Origin: Mobula birostris
Lineage: Eukaryota
NCBI RefSeq assembly: GCF_030028105.1
Contig: NC_092377.1
Location: forward strand, 161,922,104 to 161,986,103
Length of the DNA stretch: 64,000 bases
Reading direction: 5' to 3'
Below the pieces are notes generated by a model. The model was not told the DNA's origin. It searched no databases and saw only the letters and a list, made by a program, of their open reading frames with translations. This document shows, piece after piece, positions 49,669-62,159 of the stretch; position 1 is the stretch's first letter; each line of letters begins with the position of its first letter. The position numbers and the translations under genes are program-made.

Positions 49669-52600
49669 TCATTGAGCTGTGAAGATAGTGATTCTCTTGC
49701 GGTGTTCCTTCACGTCCATTTCAACCGGCTGCCTGTTCTTGTGGGATGTGCTGATGTACCACCCACGGTACAGAGCCGATTCAAACTCAAAGTAATGGCC
49801 TGCACCTAAAACCTTCTTGAAGAACACGAAGCGAAGCAGGTCAGTGGCACTACTGATATTTTGCAAATTCTGATCCCATTTCTGAGCAAAGAAATGACAG
49901 AAACAAAGTTAAGTACAGTTACATTTTAAATGACAAAACTGTAAATGATATTACTCAGGACAGGTTGGCTTCCACATAGCAGATGTCTGAGCATGTGTTG
50001 CTGGGATGGGATTTGTGCCAGCTGCATGTTTGTAAAGACAGTCCTAACCTTGCCAACCCTTTCAGCAGTCAAAGTGTTCATGAGGAGTTCCAGTCTGGAG
50101 AGCAATGGTATGCTTTGCTCTGTTTGAACTTCTCATGGCTTAATTATCTATAATCCATAAATTGCTAACAATTCAGTTTTGAAACTGTTCTGAGTTGGCT
50201 GACCTGAATTGGGGAGGGACGTAGATCTCAATATTCCAGGATTGGGGACAAAAGTACAGAGTACTGACCACTGACCTCACAGATTAGGATATTAAGTGAG
50301 GATTTAGTTGTGAAATCACTCTCCAGTCAAGAACTTTCAGTTTCAATGATCAGATCTGTAGAAAATGTCTTTTTTTCCATTTAGAGAGAGAGAGAGCTTT
50401 CAGTCTATCTTCTCAATGCTAGCTTTTGATTGTGCCATTTTACCCATTTTTCCAAAAATTTATTCTTTGTTCTGTTCCTTGCCATCAATTCACTTTGATT
50501 TTCCTGCTATCCAGTAACACCCTGGGTAACATGCAGGGGACAATTAATCTGCACATCTTTGGGATATGGAGGAAATTGGAGCACCTGGAGCAAGCACACA
50601 TCCAAACTGGAGAATGGCCAGTACCCTGGAAAGGAAATTCTTCAGGAAGAATTTAGATATGGTGAAAGGTGTTGGAAGGTTTCTCCCTGCAGTTATGGAA
50701 CCTTAAAAAATGCTGGATATAGGCTAACCAAGCTATTGTAAGGGAGACATTTCGAAAAGTGGATCAAATTCTGTCACATGCGATTTGCAGAAGGCTCAAG
50801 GAAAAGGTGGAAGCAGAGGCAGATTCTCCAGACAACAATACATGGGACTGTGTACCAGTTAGTTAACCACATGCATACATGATTTCTTACCTCCACCCGC
50901 ATCCTGGGATTGTCCGGTGGCCCTGAGCACGAGAGGAACATATTCTGATTGTTTATTCCCAGAACAACTGGCAAGTGATTTACTTCACTGGCAGTTGCCT
51001 TGTAGTACCTCACATTCAGCATTACTGTCAACCAAAGGAGGGATATTTTAGCACAGTCATCAAAACACATATATGCTCATATCAATAAAAGTGCTGCAAT
51101 TTGGTAGCTACTTTATCTGGAGTTATAACCAAGCCATTCATTGGATCTAAGTTAACCATGGAAACAACTGGAGCATGACACATTGGTGCAAGACAGAACT
51201 ATTCGGACTCCCATTCCTACCCATAATTCATTCGTAACTTTGCTTAGCTCTATATTCCTATTTCAGCTGGAGAAGCATGCTGATAACAAGGTTTAGTAAA
51301 ATGTCACAGCCTGAAGGCAGCACATGTTTAGGGAGTTAAAGGTATGAAAGGGACATGTGAAAAGCAATTGAAGCCATTTCCTCTTCTGTGCGATGTTCTA
51401 TCCCATTCGTCATAACACCTTGAAGATTTAGATACTTCTGCCAATCTTTCCATATTTTAAGTACAACAGAAAAGTGGGAGCATAAAGTTTACCCACCTTC
51501 GTCTGATGGCTGCTGCAAGAACATGGCCAGGAGCTGGAGATTCTCTGATAACTTCAGGCATTTGTCTTGTTCATCCCTCACTTGCTGACACTCAGTCTTC
51601 ATGAACCTGTAGGAGCTGGGCACCACTTCAGCATCTTCATAGTTGGTGTAAGTGATGGCTTCTGTTGGCACAAATAAGATTAAGTTATTGATCATGGTAT
51701 ATTAACAGAGATTAAACATAAATGAAATCCCTGACCCAACTATTTCTTTACTATTCCTGGGCATTGTCAGTGTTGGCAATTCTGAGTGTATTGATTTGTT
51801 GTGGTTATTCTGTTAAATGTAGAACATTGCAGCACCATATAGGCCCTTCAGCCCATGAAATTGTGATGTCCTTTTAACCTATTCTAAGATCAATCCAACC
51901 CTTCTCTCCTGCAAAACTCTGCATTTTTTAATATATCATTCATGCCTATCTTAGATGTTCTTAAATGGTCCTAGTCTATCTGCCTCTGCCACACACTTGG
52001 CAGTGTGTTCCACGTACCCACCACTCTTTTATAAAGAGCTTACCTCTGACATTCCTCCTGTACTTCTCTCTGATCACCTTAAGATTATGCTACCTTGTAT
52101 TAGCCTTTTCTGCCCTGGGAAAAGTTTCTAGCCACCCACTGTCTATTGTATCATCTTATGCACCTCTATCAGGTCACCTCTCATTCTTTGTCTCATGACA
52201 GTGAATGAGCAAAAGTGAAGGCTCAGTGTCAACAGAACCACTGGGATCAGGAGCAGATTGCAGGCCTTCACATTGGAACCACTGCTTCCAATTGTAACTA
52301 ATCACGACAGACAGAGTAACAATACTGAAAGGAAAGATTAGCTCACCTTCTACAAGCGCATTGAAATTTCCAAGCAAGTCAGCATCTTCAAAGCAAGTAC
52401 TTTCACAGCCCCAGCTGTCTGTGCATGGCTGCTGCAACTTCTTCTTGAATCTTTCAACAGCAAGGGCCAACATGATGGCTTTCTCCAGTGTCAGCTTTGC
52501 AGAGCCAGTCGTGCTAATGGACGAGGACCTCCCTGTGATCTTCAAGTGGTAACTGTCTGAATGGCGACGTGCAGTGCTCAGCCCCATTGGTGACGTTTTT

Positions 52601-53843
52601 TGAAACGGACTCTGCATAATGAGAAACCACCAATAAATCCCCCAATTCAGCTATCACAATAATTTTAGAGCGGCTGATAGCTAGGGTACGGAACAATTGA
52701 TAAGCAGGGAGAAGTCTATCCTAGGATTCGTGGGATAAACATCAGACAGTGTGTAAGACTTGAAACCTCACAAATAAAAATTAATTCTGACATCGTGCTT
52801 TTCTGTTGTGATTTTGATACCTCATGGCAATTAAATATTTATTGATTCAAACTTGCAATAATTTTAACAAAAATATCTTCCCCGAAATCTGTTCTGGTAT
52901 CATCTTGATAATTCTTACCTTGACCCGGACACAGGAAGTAGGAGATGATATATGACAATCACTGTTGTGCCGGTAACTTAAGGATCTGCAGATGAAAGAA
53001 TTGTCTCGGTCAGTTTATATGGAAAAAGATAAAACCACCTTTAGTAAATTATCAACCGCACAAGAAAATCGCAAACACAAGAGATTATGCAGATGCTGGA
53101 AATCCAGAGCAACACACACAAAATTCTGGAGGAACTCAGCAGCTCAGGGAGCATCACCTAGCCTTCCTTTGGCATCTTCCCCCTTTCTTTCCAGTCCTGA
53201 AGAAGAGTCTTGACTCATAACGTCAACTATTTATTTAATTTCATACATGAAAATCTCAAAGTTACTGAAATTGTCAGTTATGTGTTGCTATGAATCCTAG
53301 GTAGTGGAAGTGGGGCCAGTCAGATATAACCCTACTCCACACCCACTTGTCTGCAGCAGGCTTTCACACACTTACAAAATCATATTTCTGGGCTCAGGCA
53401 GGATGCACTGACCTTTCTTTGTAAATTAGAAAAATTATTCTAAGAAAACCTTACAGACTATGAATATTGCTGCAGTTAACAAATCTGATAATAAGCAACA
53501 GGCAAGTTTAATTATTAATATCGTATGGCAGACAGATAACCAATGTTATATTTCCCTTTCACTCTAAAGTACTGCACTGATGATTAAGGCTGGGCAATTT
53601 CTCCAACCTGTATTCTCATTCTTTATGATAAGAATTTCATTCTTTCGGTTTGGTTTGAGCTCTGGTCAGACATATTTATTAGATGCAAATATATACACTA
53701 TTCAAAATGGGGCACCAGTGTGATTGCATAGGTACTGTAAGTTTTAAATGCTAAATAAAATTACAGTAGACAAAACCGTGGGCTTACCTTAGAGATTCAC
53801 TCTCAGCAATTGGGATTTTTACTGATCCAGTCTCGGTCCTCAT
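49669..53843 (-). CDS. il1b: Interleukin-1 beta, copy C (6 coding exons, 299 aa)
   Basis: Exons 53843-53788, 52985-52919, 52611-52347, 51661-51497, 51024-50891 and 49881-49669 total 900 nt, in phase, no stops. Starts MRTETGSVKIPIAESESLR and ends FESALYRGWYISTS...ITIFTAQ. Confidence 0.93.
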
Positions 53844-53929
53844 AATGGCGAAGCTCTCTGAAGTTGTATCTGACCGTCTCAGATTGTCAGGATATTTCTG
53901 TGTGAGTTTCTAAAGTTGCTCTGCTGACG

Positions 53930-54090
53930 AACAGCCTTTGTTCCTTATTTAAAGCTCACTGAACTCACATGCTCCTCCTCTCGGGTGTGCCACTGTGTTT
54001 GGAAATTTTACAATTGCAGTCTTGTTTGGTGAATTATCTGCCCACTTCCTCATCTTGCAGATCTTCCCAAAATTAAGCTCTGGTGGCATA
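53930..54090 (-). promoter_or_regulatory. il1b copy C proximal promoter
   Basis: TTTAAATAAG 53944-53953, GAGGAAGTG 54043-54051 and GGGAAGATCT 54059-54068 on minus. Confidence 0.7.
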
Positions 54091-55836
54091 CAAGAGAAAA
54101 TCTGTAGATGCTGGAAATCCAAGCCACTCACACAAAATGCTGGAGGAAGTCAATAGGCCAGGCAGCATCCATGGAAAAGAGTACAAACACTTGCTGAAGG
54201 TTCTCAGCCTGAAATGTCGACTGTCCACAACCCTAGCTGTATGTCTTTGGAATGTGAGAGGAAACTAGATACCCAGTGGAAACCCACGCGTTCACGAAGA
54301 GAACATACAAACTACTTATAGTCATTAGCAAGAACAAAATTTTCTCCTGTGCACCGATCTGGCGAGCATTTAATCATCCTTTCCAGAACTCCAGTTAGTG
54401 GAGCATTCTATTTTGTGTTTACAGACTATCTCAAAGCCAAAGTCTGCAGATCAATAAATCAAGAATTTATTCATTGTAATTGTGCATAGTGGAATTGATG
54501 CTTCATGAGGTGGAAACACAATCAGATCAAAGTCACTGCTATTGTGATCAAAAATGGAGATTAAGTATTAAATGGTCTGAGGAGGCTATTCAATGGATAT
54601 TCCCATCCTCAAAGATGGTATGCCCAAGCATTCATAATTACCATCAGACTTTAGTACCAAGACAGCAATCAATCTCAGCCTCTTCCTAAAGTCTGAAGCA
54701 CAACTGAAACTAATCATCAGTCACTTTAAAGAGTTGAATTCCAGGAGTATTGCCCCTTGATATCGTCAAAAGTCGTCAAATAGTAGATTGGTCTGTAAAA
54801 TAAAGCCCATGCTCTTAAAGGGAGAGAGGGAAATTAAATCCAAAATTTGTTAAATGGCAGGACACAAAGATAAAGATTGCTGAGTGTGATTGGAATTTGT
54901 GATGTTCACTGTAGGGATCTACAGGGTTCAGAACACATTGCTTTGCTTTTTACAATATACATGGTTTAAGTAGTAGGCATGATCAATTAATTTGCAGATG
55001 ATAGAAAAATTGATTTCTAGAGGAAAGGTTTATACTGCAACAAGATGTAGATGGTCTGGTCAGCTGGTCAGAAAAGTGGAAACAGAATTTTATCCATGAA
55101 AGTATTTAATCAAGGTTTCTTTGGATCCAAAAGCGTTGTCTAGAAGGATGGTGGAAGTAAATTCAATAACAAAACTTTCAATCAAAAATTTGATAAAATC
55201 TTGAAGGAAAATATGCAAATATGCAGGGTTATGGTGAAGGAACAGTCAAATGTGACTACCATAACATTCTTTCATCTGGATGAAACCTCAAATGATGTCA
55301 TATAATTCCTTTTCCTTCCCTTCCCTATAGCCTAACTCTGAAAATAAAACAAAAGAATGGATGTGCAGGTTAACAGAAGGTGGAGCTAAACTGTTGAGTC
55401 AAATATGTTAGCATATAATATTCCCTCAGCTGCCCATTCACGTTTTCAAAGCCCAGAAAGGTATCACTTTCTAACGGATGTGATTCCGTCTTCACTAACA
55501 CAAGCAAATGTCCACACCCATTTCTTCTTTCAAAGTCAGTTAACACAAAGGGATCAGTATCGATCATCACCTTTGGACTTAGTCCCAGTACTTGCATGCC
55601 AAACTTTCATCATAGGTGTTTTTTATGTGAGACAAAACTGAGCAACATAAGCCACTGTCATCTTGAGGGAAAGGTTCAGGAAATTGTAATACGTCAGTTC
55701 ACTAAGGTCAGTAACTGCATTCACAAGAAACATTCTAGCTCTCAATGCATACCAGAATGCCTATGGTCAATTGTACTCTATATACAGGTTAATGATAACA
55801 GATGAGGAGTGTTTGATGGCTGAAGCATTCGGTGTG

Positions 55837-56333
55837 CAGTACTGTGCAAAAGTCTAAAGCACATATTATATATGTGAGTTTGTAAATTTGGTGGGAGCAA
55901 AAAATGTTTGGAATGTTGAGGGTGCAGTGCCACAGGAGGGGTGTGGGACAGGTGGCAGAGGCGGTGTGCCAGGAGCAGGGTGGGGGGTGATGCAGGTGCA
56001 GAAACATGCCCAGCCCTGAGTCACCAGTCAACGTCATTTGATTCCAAACAATTGGTTTATTGATCATTATAGAATGTGTCTCTGGTGCCTCTTGCTCTTG
56101 CTCCCCTCCCTTCCCCTTTTCCTAACCATAATTCCCCTCTCTCCACCCCCTTCCCACGCTCAGTCCACAGTAGAGACCTATATCAGAATCAGGTTTATCA
56201 CCACTCATATGTCATGAATTTTTTTTTTTTGTGGCAGCAGTACAGTGCACTACATAAAATTACCACATTACTGTGCATAAGTCTTAGGCACCTGAGCTTC
56301 ATACATGTGCGTAAGACTTTTGCACAGAGCTGT
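55837..56333. mobile_element. Non-autonomous Tc1-like element inserted in a CR1 fragment
   Basis: Inverted ends CAGTACTGTGCAAAAGTCT and AGACTTTTGCACAGAGCTG TA; CR1 3' end continues at 56335-56720. Confidence 0.7.
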
Positions 56334-56959
56334 ACTCGCTGGAGTTCAGAAGAATGAAGTGAGATCTCATTGAAACCTATTGAATATTGAAAAGCATAGA
56401 TGGACTAGATGTGGAGAGGATGTATTCTACAGTGGGGGAGCCTAGGATCAGAAGGCAAAGCCTCAGAATACAAGGACATTTGGAACAGAGTTGAGGGGGA
56501 ATTTCTTTAGCCAGAGGATGGTGAATCTGTGGAATTCATTGCCACAGATGGCTGTGGAGGCCACATCATTGGGTATATTTATACCAGAGGTTGATAGATT
56601 CTTGATTTGTAAGGGCATCAAAGGTTACGGGGAGAAGGCAGGAAAATGTGATTGATAAGGATAATATATCAGCCATAGTGGAGTGGTAGAGCTGACTCAA
56701 TGGGCTGAATGGCCTAATTCTGTTTCTATCTATGTCTTATGGCCAACTGTCATCCTTCCTTGGAAAGACTGGTGCACCTTGAGTGGGAACAGAAGCCTCT
56801 TAAAATTTTTTCTCTTTCTAATCTGCTATCCTGTTGAGATTAATGTACTCAGCACAGACGGGACGGCTCTGCATAAGGTAGTAAGTAGCATGCTGTCTTT
56901 ATCAACTATGTCATCAGGGAAACCAACCCTGGAATATATGAGAAGATCAATTTTTAATT

Positions 56960-59920
56960 ACACACCAGTCAATCAGAACATTGCCAGTCCTTCACCATGC
57001 TTGGCATATTATTTATCTCTGCCACACTACCTGCATGAGCCTCCAGAGAAACCACAAGACGTCTGGAGCGTTCTTATAAAGCCTATATGGTACTCCATTC
57101 AGCCCAGGAGCAGATGTCACTCTTCCCCATCGGACTGCTTTCTCCACTTCTCTCCATTTTGTCGGGTCAAAATCCAGGTGGTAGGTTGTGGGGGTGGGGG
57201 TCTGAATTGGCGGGATGTCGGATGAAATGATCATACGTTCCTGCCTTTTCTATTGGTGTAAATCTTTTCCAGGTGCTCTTCCAGTTCTTGCTTTGATGTT
57301 TTCAAAGTTCCACTTGTTTCCGGTGTGAAGAGAACTTCAATGAACTTAAAAGGTTCTTTGTAGAACTGTGTTCTTGTTTGTTCTTTCTTTCTGTACAGGT
57401 TCCTTAGGTTCTGAGCTCTTTGCAACTTTGTCAGCTGGCTCTTGGTGTCCACTTGGAGTTGGTTGAGCCCTTCCCTTTCACTATCTGGGGCTTTCTTCCA
57501 CTGTTTCCTTAGCTGTCTCCTTTCTTGAACCAGTTGTTTAACCTCTTGTTGTCTCCTGGTCTTTATTGGTGTCAACGATGTTTTTCCAGTCTTCCTTGTG
57601 CTGACTCCAAGCTGCTGTTCCCCACAGCAGTAGATGATATCTCCCATTTCATTCAACTTCTTGCTGTTCACTTTAATTGCTCCAAAATTTTCATCAAGTT
57701 GTTGATGGGTTACTACTCTTTCTTATCAGCAGTTTTGGGTCACCACGAGCGGTTTATGCCCTGTAATCTTTCTCTGTTTAGGAGGTGTTGGTGGTTGGGT
57801 GGTTCCCTCAGCTGGGATTTCTCTGCTAACCTCAGTGTCAGGGGTGCTAGTGCTCTGCAAACTTTGGTTTGTGTCCAGTCACTGCGCTTCACTTGACTTA
57901 GTTGATTGATTTTGCAAGAAGTACTGGTCAATGTGAGGTCCCTGTCCCTGCTCCCTCAAGCACCCTTTGCTCCCTTAATGGAACTTCAACCCCTTTTCTT
58001 ATGTTACTTTCTCCCACCCACAGATGCAGTCTCAACACTTGTGTCCCACTATTGCTGCTGGTGTTTTGGTGGTCTCTTGTGCAGTGCTAAAGCAGCATTG
58101 AGGACTGCTGCCATGGGTAGCTAGTCCATGACAGCCCCATTGGGGTCGATTCCCTCCTGTCAGCTGTCTTCCCATGCTGTCACAAAGTGTTTCCCTTGTC
58201 GTCAGCTGCCCTGACAGGTCCAGTTAATCAAAATCAAGACACACAGGATAAGATGCTAATGCCTCTCATGCCAGTGGGTCGTGAGCACTTGCTCAATACT
58301 GCCTTGATGTTGGGAGTTGCACAGAGCAACACACAGAGGTTTTTAAGTGGGCATCCTCCTTCTTCGATGTTTCTTCGATTAGCCACTAGATCTCCAGAGG
58401 GCTCGACAATGACTTCCAGTGTGTCAGATTCACCCCCTGTTGTGTCTTCCCACTCTCTTGATGCTATCCTGGAGCCCAGGAGAGGTCTTTTCTCTTGATC
58501 CAAAGCCAGTGACTGCTTTTTTCCACCACCTCTCGTGAGTCTGTTGGATTGCTGTCGAGTTTGACCATGGATCCTTAGCTCCTTCAGCAATTCGATGGTG
58601 GATGTGGCTATAAATCCCCTACAACCCACTTCCACGGGACAAACTTTGGTTTTCCAGCCCGTCGCTGAGCTTCAGCTGCTAGATCTGCATAGCGTAGCCT
58701 CTTCTGCTCATATGCTTCAGCCACTGAGTCCTCCCACGGGGCTGTGAGTTCCGTGATGTAGACCATCTGTGGTGAATTGGACCAGAGAACCAAGTCTAGA
58801 CTAAGGTTAGTGGCAGCAATGTCCGGTGGAAAAGTGAGTTGTTTTTTGACATCCACCAGCATTTTCCAGTCACTGGCCATGTTAGTCTGTCTTGTTTCTG
58901 GCTAAGGAGGGAGATTAGTTGGTTTTTCTCTCCCTCCCAGACGAATGCTGTTGACGTCAGAGCATTAGTCGTTCTAGGGGGCAAGGAGTTGGTTGCTACC
59001 CTCTTGGTCTTGATTGCCGCTGTCAGACTCTTTAAGACTTGGTTGTGACACCATGTTTATCTACCTTGTGTGAGGCTGGTTTTGCAGCTTGCCAGGATAT
59101 GCTTGAGGGTTGCTGGAATTAGGCACAGGGAACATGTTGGGTCCTCACCAAACCGCTGGTGGAGGTTTTATTGAGAGGGAAGCACATCATATGTAGCTCT
59201 GAGGAGAAAGCTAAGTCTGCCTGCTTCCATCTCCCATATGACCTTCCAGCTGATTTTCCTCTTCTCAGTGCTTTCCCACCACATCCTTTGCCCCTGCTTT
59301 GCCAAGGAGACAGCCTTTGCACTTCTATCTGACTCTTCTTGTTGCTGCACTTCCTCAACAACCAACCTTTGCCCCACTTCGCCAGCGAGACAGCCTTTGC
59401 ACTTCCATCTGACTCTTCTTGTCATCGCACTTCCTCAGCAACCATCCTCCTTTGCTCTGGAATTGTGGCCTTGTGCCAGGTGAGTCTACTTGCTGCCAGA
59501 CCAAAGCCACCCCTGCCCTGTTGGACTTGCCCAACATGTCTCTGTGCTTAAGGGCTGCTGTTGCTTGCTGCACTGCATCAGCTGGGGTCCATTTCCGCCC
59601 AGTTGATAAGGTCCGTGCAGCGTTACTGATGATCTTGTCATGAGAGTCTTTGAGTGTCATCAGCAGATGTACTTTAGAACACTTGAATTCCTCATTAAGG
59701 CCAGTGAAAGGTAGTTCAAGAACTCCTTTACCATAGAGACTGATGTTACTGATACACCTTGGGACACTGAGCCTCTTCTTTATGAATGACGTGATGGTTT
59801 GCTCGAGCTTCTTCGCAGTTGTTAGTGGGACCTCATAGACAGTGAGAGGCCACATCACCCGGGGTAGAAGCCCAAACTGTAAGCACCAGAGCTTCAGTTT
59901 TCTAGGCAGCAAGGTCTTGT
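56960..59920 (-). mobile_element. HERO-like (RLE-endonuclease) non-LTR retrotransposon fragments in permuted order
   Basis: KLWCLQFGLLPRVMWPL, RLSFLLRATYDVLP, DLVLWSN..ITELTAPWE and EVGCRGF (RLE) at 58230-59920; pre-RT region SAPGLNGVPYRLYK at 56960-58200. Confidence 0.8.
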
Positions 59921-61946
59921 TGAATTTGAAGTTGTACACCCTTTCCACTGCTGACCCCACGATGAGCACTGGAGTGCGTTCTCCCATCTTTGCTTCCTGA
60001 AGTCCACAGTCAATCCTTTGTTCTACCTAACGCTGACGGTATGAGAATATGCAAACTTCTAAAGGACAGCATCAGAGGTCAGGATTAAACCAGGGTGTTG
60101 GGCACTGTGCTGCCCTGTTTACGCTGAAGAAAAGTTGGCACTCAATGGCTACTTTATTATCTACACCTGTCCACTTGCTCATTAATGCAAATATCTAATC
60201 AGCCAATCATGTGCAGCAACACAATGCATAAAAGCATGCAGACATGGTCAAGAAGACCACGAACATACACTCAGTGGCCACATTATTAGGTACAGAAAGT
60301 ACCTTATAAAATGGATACTGAGCTTATATGTATTAAAGGAGTTTTTAAATTTTCAATGAAGTGGCCATAAATACACACTGAACCAAAAGATGCAAGGGTA
60401 CTGGAATATCCAATATGCAGATAAAACCAGTCATTTTCCCCCGGATATCATTAGTCTAAGGTAAGAAACTAACATGAAAGAATCTGACCAAAAACCTTGC
60501 TGTTTCTTAATTATGCAGAATGGATCAAGACCACGGGGATTGAAACTTCCAAGTGCTATGTGAAGGAGGAACTGAAACCAGAGCAAAATTTCAAATAAGG
60601 AAGGGGTTTTGCTTTTTGGAAATTTTTGATCACATTGTTCCAGTACAAATTACAGTATCTGTAAACTGCAGATACAGAACCTTCAGATTATCGTCCTGCT
60701 ATATTATGCCACAGTACTCCTACACACACAACACTTCCTCATTTGTTTATAGTTTGGCTTTCTTGCATTGGTTTTCTATGGTCTTGGGTCCACAATTTCC
60801 CTGTTACTTATCTTGAGCTGCTAGATCATCATGGTCTATGTTTACAGTTGACTGAAATCAAAGTAGTTTGCCATGTGTAAGGAAAAGAGACTTAGAAACA
60901 AGGAGATGAGGATCTTACTACACCCCAGTGCATTTTACTTCATCGATACTCCTCTGATTACTATTTATTGATTTACCACGCACTGTTCGCTGCTCTTTAC
61001 AGCCTTAACAAACATTGTTGATTTGTTTGTTCTTGGAGTTTTACGTGTACTATTTGCCAGGATAATTATAGTTCTGCTTTATGTTTTATATGTTTGATAG
61101 GAGCTGTTATGTATTCAGGAACTTGTTTCGAGAAGCTGTAGTATTGTCGAGAAAGGTGGTTTAAAAAGATCTCAAACTGATACTGTGATTTAAATACCGG
61201 GCCAGGTGGATTGAAAGGCAGGGTGTCAGAACCAGAGGCAAGGGTTCTGCTCGCTGCTCCACGATGTTTATTCCACTATGCGCCAAACTGAGGCTGAGGC
61301 TGTGGCCTGCTCTGGGCTTCGTGTCTGAGTACTCACTTACGCTCAAAATGCTATTTGCTTACTTTTATTGTTTGCATGATTTGTGATTTCCCCCTCTATA
61401 CATTGGGTGTTTGCTAGTCTACTTTTTATGGATTCTTTTGGGTTTCTTTGTTTTGTGGCTGCATGTAGGAAGATGAATCTCAAGACTGTATAATGTATAC
61501 ATACTTTGACAATAAATGTACTTTGAACTTTGATATTCTCAATCATAATTGATTTGCTTTTTATGTAGCTAGTGTCAGACGAGACTGCTTACAAAATGGA
61601 TACATATTGATGAAGGCTGGTACTGATTAAGGCTAGCTGAAATCTGTTAAAAACGAGGCTGAACTGGGAAAAGGCCTGTCAGAAGCTATGCAACTGAGGA
61701 TGATTTGGGGAAAGTGTGTAAGTTGTGGAACCAGGAAAAACATGGATCACAACTGCACTCAGTGGCCACTTTATCAGGTATCTCCAGTACCTAATAAAGT
61801 GGCTACTGAGTGTATGTTCATGGTCTTCTGCTGCTGTAGCCCATTACTTCATGGTTCAACATGTTGTGCATTCAGTGATGCTCTTCTGCACATCACTGTT
61901 GTAACGTGAGGCTATTTGAGTTACAGTCACCTGAGACGATAGGACA

Positions 61947-62150
61947 TTGTTGTTGTTGTTGTTCCTCTCTGCGCCTTGTGGCACATCGAGCGGCACCTTG
62001 CCATTTCTTTAGCATTTGTCTGTTTTTTACGAGGCTGAGTTGCTAGCTCGACACTCAACCCAGCATGAAGGAAAAGCGTGCAAGGAGCTGGCCAGATTCA
62101 AACCTGGGACCACTGACCTAGAAGTCCAGTGTGGATGCCACTACACCAAC
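61947..62150 (-). mobile_element. tRNA-derived SINE
   Basis: Minus strand A box TGGTGTAGTGG, B box GGTTTGAATC, (CAA)n tail. Confidence 0.7.
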
Positions 62151-62159
62151 AGTCAGCTT

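Larger units (their letters stand above)
48340..55800. repeat. Segmental duplication unit C
   Basis: Paralogous to unit A; lacks the L1 insertion. Confidence 0.85.

Noticed and set aside
30267-53843. Calling one copy IL-1alpha or IL-1 receptor antagonist
   Set aside because: Both copies are close paralogues with an IL-1beta-type pro-domain and exon phases and no signal peptide; nothing supports orthology to IL1A or IL1RN.
60330-61150. Unique-looking sequence with short ORFs as a possible further gene
   Set aside because: No recognisable protein motif or convincing exon structure.
62085-62150. tRNA gene
   Set aside because: A/B boxes are followed by a SINE body and (CAA)n tail; no convincing cloverleaf.
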